IMG/VR virus record: IMGVR_UViG_3300038758_000056
Strand: one strand, 5' to 3'
From: a virus
DNA: 44,187 nt
In this document: positions 32,827 to 41,738 of the stretch, one piece after another
Layout: every line of letters starts with the position of its first letter
Position numbering within the stretch: position 1 is the first letter of the stretch
The notes under the pieces: model-generated
Told to the model about the DNA's origin: nothing
Seen by the model: the letters and a program-made list of their open reading frames with translations, nothing else
The model's database searches: none
Made by a program: the position numbers and the translations under genes

Positions 32827-33663
32827 ATGGCTAACGAGGGATTAACAGCACAAGAAATATTTGAATACACAGGCGTAAAAGCCGAGAACCTAGAAGAGTT
32901 TAAGACAGCATTTGACTCTAAGTTCCTGACCCGCGAAAACGCGGCTAATGACGATGAGATTCGTTCAAAGTTGACGGGGCGTGTAACGGGCTCGATCACT
33001 ACCCACCTTAAGAGACAAGCAAAAGACGCTTTCGGGGTTGAGGTTTCAAAGGATGAGATTGAAGGGAAGAAGGTCGAAGAGATAATTGACCTTGTAACGG
33101 GTCGTGCAAAAGAAACTTACGAGGCTCAGATTTCAGAACTAAGTGAAAAGGTTGCTAAGTCGCCAAAGGTTGAGGAGGTAGCGAAAGAGTGGGAAGATAA
33201 GTATAATAAGGTTGTGGCGGAAAAGTCCAACTTTGAAAGTCTATTGAACCAGACCAAGCAAGAATTTGAAGCCAAAGAAAACGAGTGGTTGACCAAGCAA
33301 AAGACATCGACCATTGACGCTAAAAAAGAGGGCTTGATGGGTTCTTTATCGTTTTCAAAACAAGTTGATGACCTTAAGAAGATCGGGTTTGATACGTACA
33401 TGAATAAGACCTATGCACTTGACCTTTCAGACGATGGAAAGTTGCAGATCAAAAAGGACGGTAATCTAATTCCAAACCCTTCAAAGCATGGTGAGTTTAT
33501 GAACCCGAAAGACGTATTCGAGATGGAGGCAAAAGAGAAGGGTCTTTTAGCCGCGCCTAATACTGAAAAAAATAGTAACTTTGTAAGCAAGCCAGCGGCT
33601 GTGAATACTGACGGTCTACCTAATAACAGACCAAGCAGGGCCACAGCTAACAGGGCTTTCTAA
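32827..33663 (+). CDS. Scaffolding protein candidate
   Basis: Glu/Lys-rich, predicted coiled coil, immediately upstream of the capsid gene. Confidence 0.5.
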   Translation: MANEGLTAQEIFEYTGVKAENLEEFKTAFDSKFLTRENAANDDEIRSKLTGRVTGSITTHLKRQAKDAFGVEVSKDEIEGKKVEEIIDLVTGRAKETYEAQISELSEKVAKSPKVEEVAKEWEDKYNKVVAEKSNFESLLNQTKQEFEAKENEWLTKQKTSTIDAKKEGLMGSLSFSKQVDDLKKIGFDTYMNKTYALDLSDDGKLQIKKDGNLIPNPSKHGEFMNPKDVFEMEAKEKGLLAAPNTEKNSNFVSKPAAVNTDGLPNNRPSRATANRAF

Positions 33664-33774
33664 GGGCTTCGCCCGACTAGCGACACGTTGTCATAGCTGA
33701 CACAAAAAGGCTAAAGGTTGTCTGACCAACATTACAGGTCAACATTTATTTACTAACCTTTAATCCTAATTAAT

Positions 33775-34848
33775 ATGTCAGCAGGATCAGGATTGACAGC
33801 GTGTACAAACATACAAGAGCGCCTCAATCAACTTTGGGATTCCAACGGGTCTGCAACCTTTCGCGAGGAGCAGCCTTTTATGGAATATTTGCTAAGTGCC
33901 GAAAACAGAAACGGCCTACAGCAGGAAATTAACGGCAAGGGGAAACTCAGAACCGTTGAAGTGGTTTACTTTCCACGCGTACTAGAATCTAGCGTAGATT
34001 CAGACCAGTCGCGAACTTGTACAGCTTCGGACACTATTGACGATTGCTCCGCAACCTACCCAATGGACACGTCTGTAAACGAGCAGGCTCAGTTCACCTT
34101 CTCTTATGGAGACTTGGTATCTTATTGCCAAGATAATGAGATGTTCTACGCGGAACAGGTACAGCGATACATGGACGCACTTGTGAGAAAGGTGGCCACT
34201 AAGTCAGCTACTCAAGCGTCTGCATTGCTCGGAGAGTGGAATACGCACGTAGAGAACATTCAGGACTCAAGCCTTTCACCAGATTGGAAGACGTTTACTA
34301 CCCGTACACGTTTGGCCGATTCTGGTGCAGATGGCTACGCTGAATACCCTTACACTTTCGCTAATATTCGCAGAGCAGCGGATATGTCAAACTTCGGCCC
34401 AACAAGATTGTTCGGAGGGCTTGAGTTGGCAGAATCTTTCATGCAGCGAGTTACAGGTGGAGGTCTAAGCGACCAAGGAATGAATATTGATGTACTTGCG
34501 GCCCGTATGGGAATCGCAGCTCAGTATGATCGCTCAGTGGTTGCGGCTAACTCTAATGACTACTCTAAGTCTTGGGCAGTTGGCCAGGGTGCTTTGCAGC
34601 TATTGCAGTTCAATATGTATGATGAGAGTTTTAACGGTCGAAATGATGACACCGTTAAGCTAGGAATTATTCAAGACCCACGTACAGGATTGATGGCAGA
34701 CATCAGCTTTAAGATTGACTGCGAGACCGTTCACACGGTTCTTACAGCCACTACTAAGGTTGTTGGATTGCCTAGCGACATCTACCAAGCGGGTGATGAC
34801 CTTTCTGGGGTTACTCGATTCGCAGCGGTTGACGTTGACAATTCGTAA
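33775..34848 (+). CDS. Major capsid protein candidate
   Basis: 357 aa, follows the scaffold candidate, and is followed by a strong terminator. Confidence 0.6.
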   Translation: MSAGSGLTACTNIQERLNQLWDSNGSATFREEQPFMEYLLSAENRNGLQQEINGKGKLRTVEVVYFPRVLESSVDSDQSRTCTASDTIDDCSATYPMDTSVNEQAQFTFSYGDLVSYCQDNEMFYAEQVQRYMDALVRKVATKSATQASALLGEWNTHVENIQDSSLSPDWKTFTTRTRLADSGADGYAEYPYTFANIRRAADMSNFGPTRLFGGLELAESFMQRVTGGGLSDQGMNIDVLAARMGIAAQYDRSVVAANSNDYSKSWAVGQGALQLLQFNMYDESFNGRNDDTVKLGIIQDPRTGLMADISFKIDCETVHTVLTATTKVVGLPSDIYQAGDDLSGVTRFAAVDVDNS

Positions 34849-34856
34849 ATCTAATC

Positions 34857-34885
34857 GGGGAGGACGTATGAGCCTCCCCTTTTTT
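34857..34885 (+). terminator. Intrinsic terminator
   Basis: GGGGAGG - 9 nt - CCTCCCC followed by TTTTTT. Confidence 0.8.
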
Positions 34886-34893
34886 AACCATAC

Positions 34894-35901
34894 ATGGCCT
34901 GTTTAGATAACCTTCTGGGTATAAAGTCGGAATGTACCGACACTACGCCTACTGTATCACTTTACATTGATTCGCTTGTTACTTCTTCTGAGATGGAGAA
35001 GTTCTACGATGCTCCACACGAGACCGTTAAGGCGATGTTTGATGATAAGCTGAACGATGCAATAAACGTTGTAAAGAATGATGTTTACAGTCAGTTCACG
35101 GGTAATTATATCACTCATTCGGTTATCGACAGCAAGCGGGTAGGTATTTATGACGAGAGAAACGCGGCCAGTGATGCAATAGCGGCTACTTATAAAGGCT
35201 TGGAGATAAAGATGGATCAGAGTAAAAGTTCTTTGAAGTTGGTTATTTCTTCAATCAAGTTCTATGGCAATCACACGGGAAACATTGACGTAAAGATATT
35301 CAACACGCTAACAGGTGAGACACTAGCAACAGAGACTATCGCAGCGGTAGCGGGTGAAGTTGTAGAGGCATTTACTAATTACGAATACTCAGGCAATTTA
35401 GAACCAATGTTTATCGGTGTGATGTATGATTCAACGGGTGTTGATGCGTATAAATCTACCGTGGGCTTAACAGGCTGCACAAGCTGCTCGGATACGGCTT
35501 ACAATCAGGTCAATTCTTACTTGGGCGTAAGGGCTGTGAACAACTCGACAGGTTCAAGTGTAGTTCAATCGAACTTGACAGGAACAGCCGACACGGGCGG
35601 TCTTTCTATTGTTTATTCGGTCGAGTGCGACCATAAAGGCTGGATGTGTAATCAAAAGAATGTATTAGCGATGCCCGTACTTTATAAGACGGCTGAGTTG
35701 CTAATGGAATACGCGCTGTTTAACTCTTCCAGGTTTAACGATCATTCGACTAATCGGGACAAGTACGTTGAACGCCAAATGATGTATAAGGATAAGTACG
35801 ATGAAACAATGAAGGGTGTTTTGAATAACATGGTTTTGCCCGTTAATGATATTTGCTTGAAATGCGAAAGGACAAACAGGCTTGTAACGTCATTTCCGTA
35901 A
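34894..35901 (+). CDS. Hypothetical structural protein
   Basis: 335-aa ORF in the head/neck module. Confidence 0.6.
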   Translation: MACLDNLLGIKSECTDTTPTVSLYIDSLVTSSEMEKFYDAPHETVKAMFDDKLNDAINVVKNDVYSQFTGNYITHSVIDSKRVGIYDERNAASDAIAATYKGLEIKMDQSKSSLKLVISSIKFYGNHTGNIDVKIFNTLTGETLATETIAAVAGEVVEAFTNYEYSGNLEPMFIGVMYDSTGVDAYKSTVGLTGCTSCSDTAYNQVNSYLGVRAVNNSTGSSVVQSNLTGTADTGGLSIVYSVECDHKGWMCNQKNVLAMPVLYKTAELLMEYALFNSSRFNDHSTNRDKYVERQMMYKDKYDETMKGVLNNMVLPVNDICLKCERTNRLVTSFP

Positions 35902-35962
35902 GCAAGGGCGTTAAGGAATTTAGGGTAGTCTCTAAAGGAGATACTATTAAGGTAGTTCAGAT

Positions 35963-36538
35963 ATGGCTCAACTGACATTAGAGGAACACTTCGCGAAAAT
36001 GAAAAGGCAAGCCAGAACACTTGCTAAAGAGAACGTGCCTTTAAGAATCGCAGCTAGAACGACACACGGATTAATAACTAACAGGATATTTCACGAAGGG
36101 AAGAACTCGGCAGGCGGTTCTATCGGGAACTACAACACTACTACCGAGCTTTGGGTAGAGGACAAAAACCTAAGAAGGGCGGGAACGCACCGAGGCAAGA
36201 CGGGCAAGCCGACTAAAACAAGTTACTATCGGAATTACCGAGCGTTAAAACAACAACAAGGGTTCAACCCGCCTGTGGTTAATTTGAGGCTACAGAACGA
36301 ATTACAAAGCGACTTCGCTAATGTACCACTGGGGCCAAGTAATGACGGAAGCCCAGAACCTAACACGATCAAAGTAAGCGTGAATGAGTACGTGATTAAG
36401 CTAAGAAAGGAAGTCAATGTACAAAAGGTGAACGGCTTAGAAGAAAAGTACGGTTCAATCTTCAAGCATACCAAGAAAGAAAAGAAACGATTTCGCAAGG
36501 TAGCTCAAAAGGAACTGATTAAGTTTTTGAACAAATGA
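35963..36538 (+). CDS. Hypothetical head-completion or neck protein
   Basis: ORF; assigned by position only. Confidence 0.5.
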   Translation: MAQLTLEEHFAKMKRQARTLAKENVPLRIAARTTHGLITNRIFHEGKNSAGGSIGNYNTTTELWVEDKNLRRAGTHRGKTGKPTKTSYYRNYRALKQQQGFNPPVVNLRLQNELQSDFANVPLGPSNDGSPEPNTIKVSVNEYVIKLRKEVNVQKVNGLEEKYGSIFKHTKKEKKRFRKVAQKELIKFLNK

Positions 36539-38385
36539 AGCAGACGATAGTAGATTATCTAAATGCTAAGATTGACCTTATCGGGTACTTTGATAAGCGG
36601 TACTGCCTTACTGAGTTAAAGAGCGAAGGTGATAATGTCTTTCCTGTTCACTACAAGCAAGATGGCAACTTTGAAAGGATAGAAATAGACCAATGGTCGG
36701 GTGTTACGTATTGGCGCAAAGGTGACGTAACGAGTTCAGAGATTCAAAACACACTAACTACCGATATACTTTATCAATGGACTATTCCATTCAAGCTGAT
36801 AGCCTATAAGAGACGTGGAGATGTAGGAACAGATGACGAGTTTACGGCAGACCGATTAAGTGAGGTTTTAACCAAACAGCTAACGTTTAGAAACGAGACC
36901 TTGCGAAGCGATATAAAGGCGCGAAAAGTTGAATGTATAGTAAGTAATAGTTCAACCGATTCAGCAGCGATATACGCAGAGGAATACAGCCCAGCACCCG
37001 CTAAAGACATTCCGTTTAAGTGGACAGTTGTCTCGCTTGATGTTGATGTGGTAGTAGAGGGCAGGGCTGAGTGTATGGACAGTTGTCCAACAGATCAGGA
37101 CATTTTGCACGGGTTTGACTTTTGCTCGGACGAGGTGGCGGAGAGGTTAACACCAGAACAGGTTACTTGCTTGCAAGCTAGATACGCAGGAGATTGCGAC
37201 CCTGTTACGGTTAATGTCAATGGCATTGAAAGCGGAACGCCAGCAAGTGGGGACACTTACGATATTGACGTACACTCAGAGGACGGGGACGATGTAGGTA
37301 GTGTATCGGGGGCGACCGTTACTATTTCGGATTCGGCAATAACCGTAAACGGTTCAGCCTTTGCGAGCGTAGATTCTGAGGATTCTTTGGACGTGTTAGT
37401 TGAGTATGAAAATGGCACGTCTGTAGGGACTATCGTAGGCGATACAGTAGAGATTCCAAATGTACCTTCGATAACTACAACCGTTTCAGACGATGCCCCA
37501 ACGATAGGCGACACTATCACAATCACGGGAACGGTTACTGATTTCACGCCAACGGTTTACTATTACTTCTCTTCCACGGGTTCAGATATTACCTACATAA
37601 CCCAACAGGCGGGTAACGCTTATAATTGGTTTGTTGATAGGGCTGGCACGTTTGAAATTCATGTAATGGCCTCAGATGGCTCAAGTAGTATAGCCGACTG
37701 TGTTGAGGTTACGAGTGATGGAATCACCTTTGACAAGTCTACCGAGTTTGATGGGGTTAACGAGTATGTATCAGTAGCGAATGACGCTAGTTTAGAATTT
37801 GGAACGGGCGCGAGGTCATACTCGATATGGGTAAAGACAGATACCATAAGTGGCAACCACGGCATCATTGACAATCTGGATGCGGGTTCACCATTTGACG
37901 GGTTCATGTTGCTTCAACTAGGCGCAAACTTACAGATATACGCTAGCGGTGGTAGTGCGCTCATCAATCACTCAGGCTACTTTACGGGGGAGGTAGGTAA
38001 CTGGGTTCACATTGCCGTAACCCGCAGCGCAGCAGGAACGTGGAAACTCTACAAGAATGGCGTTTACGTTACGCAGGCTACGGACACGGACGACACAAAC
38101 ACGGGACTACCTTACGTTTTCGGAAAGCGAGGATCATGGTATTGGGACGGCAAAATGGCTTTAGCTGTGATAACAGATTCAGAAATGAGCGCGGCAGAGA
38201 TCACGGAGTTATACAACTCAGGGTCATTGATTGACGTTAGGCTGTTGTCTTTCTATTCGGACGTGGTAAGCTGGTGGCCTGCGGGTTCTGGCGATACTTC
38301 TCCAACGTGGACGGACGTTAAAGCCTCTAATGACGGCACAATGACAAATATGGACGCTTCAAACTTCGTATCAGATGTCCCGTAA
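36535..38385 (+). CDS. Fibre or decoration protein with Ig-like middle region and C-terminal LamG (concanavalin A-like) domain
   Basis: C-terminus FDGVNEYVSVANDASLEF..ARSYSIWVKTD...WVHIAVTRSAAGTWKLYKNGV...WDGKMALAVI is a classical LamG pattern. Confidence 0.7.
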   Translation: MKQTIVDYLNAKIDLIGYFDKRYCLTELKSEGDNVFPVHYKQDGNFERIEIDQWSGVTYWRKGDVTSSEIQNTLTTDILYQWTIPFKLIAYKRRGDVGTDDEFTADRLSEVLTKQLTFRNETLRSDIKARKVECIVSNSSTDSAAIYAEEYSPAPAKDIPFKWTVVSLDVDVVVEGRAECMDSCPTDQDILHGFDFCSDEVAERLTPEQVTCLQARYAGDCDPVTVNVNGIESGTPASGDTYDIDVHSEDGDDVGSVSGATVTISDSAITVNGSAFASVDSEDSLDVLVEYENGTSVGTIVGDTVEIPNVPSITTTVSDDAPTIGDTITITGTVTDFTPTVYYYFSSTGSDITYITQQAGNAYNWFVDRAGTFEIHVMASDGSSSIADCVEVTSDGITFDKSTEFDGVNEYVSVANDASLEFGTGARSYSIWVKTDTISGNHGIIDNLDAGSPFDGFMLLQLGANLQIYASGGSALINHSGYFTGEVGNWVHIAVTRSAAGTWKLYKNGVYVTQATDTDDTNTGLPYVFGKRGSWYWDGKMALAVITDSEMSAAEITELYNSGSLIDVRLLSFYSDVVSWWPAGSGDTSPTWTDVKASNDGTMTNMDASNFVSDVP

Positions 38386-38596
38386 ATATGTAATAGTGAA
38401 TAAAAAAGACCTGACAGGTAAAGAAAATTGGGATCAGGTAGGAGATGTAACGGATGTTCGTGAAAGTCTAAAGGGGGACAAATGTCTGTTTAAATTCGAC
38501 AAACTTCCAAAAGACCTACCAAAGTCGGCTGAGTGTGTTGAGGATATAATAGACTTTTTAAATAGTAGTGAATGGACTAAAACAGAAGTACCATGA
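38375..38596 (+). CDS. Hypothetical protein
   Basis: ORF overlapping both neighbours. Confidence 0.55.
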   Translation: MSRKYVIVNKKDLTGKENWDQVGDVTDVRESLKGDKCLFKFDKLPKDLPKSAECVEDIIDFLNSSEWTKTEVP

Positions 38597-38973
38597 TAAC
38601 TAAAATACTATTTCTGATACGAGCGTTATTTAATCCCGACCTAACCTTTGGGCTTATGCTCATCCATGAAATAGACAGCCAAGGCCAAGTAATTGCAGAT
38701 GTAAAGACAGACCGGATTATTTACGCAAACAAAGCATTTCTTAAGCACATAGGGCGTAGCATTAAAGAGATGAGGAGTAAGCCGTTCATTGACTTTGTAT
38801 CTGACCAATACAAAGGGAAAACAATGAAAGCGTCTGACGATCTTGTACACGGTATGACTGTGTATGATTTCGAGAACGCATACCAACGACCAGACGGGTC
38901 TGACGCTTATTTAAAGTGGAGGGCGATTGTGTTTGGGGGGTTGTATGCGTGCAATGTTGAGCTAATTAAATGA
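38593..38973 (+). CDS. Stand-alone PAS-domain protein
   Basis: RIIYANKAFLKHIGRSIKEMRSKPFIDFVS...FENAYQRPDGSDAYLKW follows the PAS fold pattern (i.y.N.af....G.s..e..g......, f..r..r.DGs..w..). Confidence 0.55.
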   Translation: MITKILFLIRALFNPDLTFGLMLIHEIDSQGQVIADVKTDRIIYANKAFLKHIGRSIKEMRSKPFIDFVSDQYKGKTMKASDDLVHGMTVYDFENAYQRPDGSDAYLKWRAIVFGGLYACNVELIK

Positions 38974-39263
38974 CAACCCCTATGTATAATGAAACTTGGA
39001 ACTTTCTAATAACCAGCGGCCAGGTCGCTATCCCTTTGATGGGTGGTACGGTCGTTGGCTCTGCTATTTCTTCACCACCTTCTGACCTGATAGGTTGGGT
39101 AATTGGCCCAGCGGGTGCGTTGGTCTTACTTGTTTATGTTTCTTGGAAGCTGTGGGATCACGCTAAAAAGAAACAAGATGAGGTCAATGGTCTCAGGGAT
39201 AAGATTGAGCAGGATCAGGCTAAGAGGATTGAAGAACTTGAGCGTAAACTAAATGATAAATGA
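38970..39263 (+). CDS. Holin candidate
   Basis: Two hydrophobic segments, then a highly charged coiled-coil tail. Directly upstream of the endolysin. Confidence 0.45.
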   Translation: MTTPMYNETWNFLITSGQVAIPLMGGTVVGSAISSPPSDLIGWVIGPAGALVLLVYVSWKLWDHAKKKQDEVNGLRDKIEQDQAKRIEELERKLNDK

Positions 39264-39682
39264 GACAGATAAGTAAAATCGTAGTTCATTGCACAGCAAC
39301 ACCCGAAGGCCGTGAGGTTACTAAGGAAGATTTGTACAGGTGGCACGTAACCGATAACGGATGGAGCGATATTGGTTATCATTGGTTTATAGACTTAAAT
39401 GGTGAACGCCACGAGTGCAGACCAGAACACAAGTCAGGCGCACACGCCAAAGGCCATAACAGCGATTCTATCGGTATTTGTTATGCTGGCGGGTGTGATA
39501 CGTCAATGAATCCAAAAGACACACGTACAGACGCGCAAAAGGAAGGGTTAAGGTGTATGATTCAAGACCTATTAGATAGGTATAGGAGCGCGGAGGTTAT
39601 TGGCCACAGAGATATAAGCTCTAAGGCGTGTCCATCGTTTGATGCTAAAGAAGAGTATAAGGATATGACGCCAAGCGTCTAG
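39260..39682 (+). CDS. N-acetylmuramoyl-L-alanine amidase (amidase_2/PGRP, T7-lysozyme-like endolysin)
   Basis: IVVHCTATPEG...GWSDIGYHWFIDLNGE...GAHAKGHNSDSIGICYAGG...VIGHRDISSKACPSFD. Confidence 0.9.
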   Translation: MRQISKIVVHCTATPEGREVTKEDLYRWHVTDNGWSDIGYHWFIDLNGERHECRPEHKSGAHAKGHNSDSIGICYAGGCDTSMNPKDTRTDAQKEGLRCMIQDLLDRYRSAEVIGHRDISSKACPSFDAKEEYKDMTPSV

Positions 39683-39729
39683 GGTGTCTGCTTCGGGTTT
39701 CCCTCAACCCGCGCAGCCCCGCTAAAGGC

Positions 39730-39759
39730 CGTTGCGATCATTAAAACGGATCGCTAACG
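39730..39759. repeat. Closed GTT...AAC hairpin: CGTTGCGATC - 9 nt - GATCGC(t)AACG
   Basis: 10-bp stem with one bulge, in the convergent intergenic region. Confidence 0.65.
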
Positions 39760-39765
39760 TTCCAT

Positions 39766-39795
39766 AAAAGGCATGGCGAAAAGCCACGTCCTTTT
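39766..39795. terminator. Bidirectional intrinsic terminator between convergent units
   Basis: AAAAGGCATGGC - gaaaa - GCCACGTCCTTTT. A-run on one side and T-run on the other. Confidence 0.65.
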
Positions 39796-39816
39796 ATCGA
39801 GACGTTGTGCGCAATA

Positions 39817-40065
39817 TTACCTACTACGCATATCTACACAAGCAATAATAGCGGTTTTAGTATGGTAAACATAAATTTGCCACTCACTATTACCCGTGTT
39901 GCTTTCTTTAACCCAAAGAACACCATGATACCAACCTTCTTTCTTTTCTGCCATATATCTCTCTTCAAATTCTATGGCTTTCTGTAATGCTTCGGTTCTT
40001 AAAAAACCGCTATTAGCGTCTGCTTTTATAATTATTTTTTTCATATAAAAATAAATACTGCGCAC
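39817..40065 (-). CDS. Hypothetical protein (start probably the ATG at 40044)
   Basis: The ORF-track start is a GTG lying inside the inverted-repeat arm. MKKIIIKADANSG... from the ATG. Confidence 0.55.
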   Translation of the reverse strand: MRSIYFYMKKIIIKADANSGFLRTEALQKAIEFEERYMAEKKEGWYHGVLWVKESNTGNSEWQIYVYHTKTAIIACVDMRSR

Positions 40066-40195
40066 AACATTGTATATAAATCAGTGGCGTTGTACGTCTT
40101 TTTAACCACTTTTAGCTGTTTAATTTAGTTTAAGCGTGTCGGCAATCTTACAGCTATTAATCGCCACCGCTTCATATACTTAACCGTTAGCGGTA
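40054..40195. repeat. Palindromic intergenic unit U4
   Basis: AATACTGCGCACAAC att GTATATAAA [90 nt] TTCATATAC ttaacc GTTAGCGG. L arms complementary at 8/9. Confidence 0.7.
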
Positions 40196-40405
40196 ATTCT
40201 CCCAATCAATACCATACTTCTCACAAATTTCAATTGCATCTCTACCAATTATTCCAACTGTTGAGCCAGCATAATCTTTTCCCCAACGTTGAGCAGCAAC
40301 TACTATTACCCTTTCAATTTTTAAGGGCAAAGAACTACCGCTAACATCGGCTATAAAATCATTGCCGTTTTCGTGATTATTCAAAGTTTTTTTCTCTTTA
40401 TTCAT
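40187..40405 (-). CDS. Hypothetical protein
   Basis: ORF in the accessory island. Confidence 0.6.
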   Translation of the reverse strand: MNKEKKTLNNHENGNDFIADVSGSSLPLKIERVIVVAAQRWGKDYAGSTVGIIGRDAIEICEKYGIDWENYR

Positions 40406-40477
40406 GTCGTTTATAATTTAAAAGTTATAGTCTTTTTATCAGCAACGCTTCATAGCCGTATCCCGTTGTGTGTAATG

Positions 40478-40729
40478 CTACGCAAATTCTAATTCGAGCT
40501 TTAATCGTTCTATTTCGGTCTTTGCCTTATCAATGTAGTGGTTCAATGTAGCTATCCTACTTTCAGCCCAAGCAGAATTATCTAAACAATCCTTTGCCCA
40601 ATCATTCATTTTAGAGTGTTTTAGTCGCTTAGAATTATTTCTGCCATTCACTTCTTTTTTCAATTGCCTTAGTTCAGCAATACCTTTTCTAAGCTCTACA
40701 ATCCGTGTTATTTTCTCGTCTTTTGTCAT
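40478..40729 (-). CDS. Hypothetical coiled-coil protein
   Basis: ORF in the accessory island. Confidence 0.6.
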   Translation of the reverse strand: MTKDEKITRIVELRKGIAELRQLKKEVNGRNNSKRLKHSKMNDWAKDCLDNSAWAESRIATLNHYIDKAKTEIERLKLELEFA

Positions 40730-40757
40730 TTCAATTAAGTTTTATAGTTAAAAATCA

Positions 40758-40840
40758 GCACTCCCCACAACACTTTGTATAGTGCATAGCTCGTGCCTCA
40801 CTACGACACCATACAAGATGCCGTTGTACACAAGCACTAC
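40758..40840. repeat. Palindromic intergenic unit U3
   Basis: GCACTCCCCACAAC a CTTTGTATAGTG [22 nt] CACCATACAAG atgcc GTTGTACACAAGCACTAC. L arms pair with one bulge and one mismatch. Confidence 0.7.
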
Positions 40841-40877
40841 CGAATCGCTTCGTAGACACTTTTGCGTCAACTTAACC

Positions 40878-40892
40878 ATAATTAAATATTTT
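40878..40892. repeat. AT-rich inverted-repeat arm ATAATTAAATATTTT (partner 41661..41675)
   Basis: Perfect 15/15 complement of 41661..41675; overlaps the stop codon of 40882..41655. Confidence 0.8.
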
Positions 40893-41655
40893 CTCCCACC
40901 CGCTCAAAAGGTAATTCTCTTACCAAGTATTCTTCGGGTATTTCCTGTACCTTATCTATTTGCTTAAAAAAGTAAGGAACATTTTGGCTTCTACATTCTA
41001 ATTTCAATCGGTCAGCCCAAAGCAAATCAAACGGTCTTTTTCCGTGTCCGCTTTCACCGCCTTGAATTACCCAGCCAATCCCAGATAAATCAATATTCTT
41101 TATTTCTGCCAATTGTGGTTCTACACTCAAAAACAAATTTCCATTTACCTGTTGAAGGATTGGTACAAGGTTTTCAAATGTCTTTTGGTCAACAGGAGAG
41201 CATCCGAACCAAACGTTTTTTGGTGGGTAATTTTGCCAATCTAAAGGAATTTGTTTGTTGATATTGCTTGGTCTTTTAGTCAAAAAAAGGAAAGTAAGAT
41301 TGTTGTATTTACCATTTGAAATTCTATTGAATAATTCGTTTCTCAAATCTTCGGTAGTTTCAGCCAATAAGTGCTTGTTTGATATTGGTTTTGACTTCTC
41401 GAAAATATCCATCATTGACCCAACAAATACTCTTACATCAATTCCTTTTTCTTCAGCTTCCTTTTGATATTTATTTAAATCATTGAAAGCTGATTTAATT
41501 CTTTTGCGGTCTTTTCCTTCACCCCAAATGTCATTACCCCATCTATGCGATAATGTTTCTGCATAGCAGTTATCACATCCAGCGTGTACTTTAGTACATC
41601 CCCACCAAAGATTAACCGTGTGTTCTGTCCATTCTATTTTACTGTTTTTTGCCAT
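40882..41655 (-). CDS. Phage Gp37/Gp68 family protein (DUF5131)
   Basis: N-terminus SKIEWTEHTVNLWWGCTKVHAGCDNCYAE is the family signature. Confidence 0.85.
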   Translation of the reverse strand: MAKNSKIEWTEHTVNLWWGCTKVHAGCDNCYAETLSHRWGNDIWGEGKDRKRIKSAFNDLNKYQKEAEEKGIDVRVFVGSMMDIFEKSKPISNKHLLAETTEDLRNELFNRISNGKYNNLTFLFLTKRPSNINKQIPLDWQNYPPKNVWFGCSPVDQKTFENLVPILQQVNGNLFLSVEPQLAEIKNIDLSGIGWVIQGGESGHGKRPFDLLWADRLKLECRSQNVPYFFKQIDKVQEIPEEYLVRELPFERVGENI

Positions 41656-41660
41656 CGCTC

Positions 41661-41675
41661 AAAATATTTAATTAT
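41661..41675. repeat. AT-rich inverted-repeat arm AAAATATTTAATTAT (partner 40878..40892)
   Basis: Lies in the 5' leader of 40882..41655. The same leader occurs at 10161..10187. Confidence 0.8.
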
Positions 41676-41738
41676 TACTTCTGTTCTCGTATCAAGTTCA
41701 GTGCGTAATTCCCGCATGTTTTTTATCTGTACCGTTGA

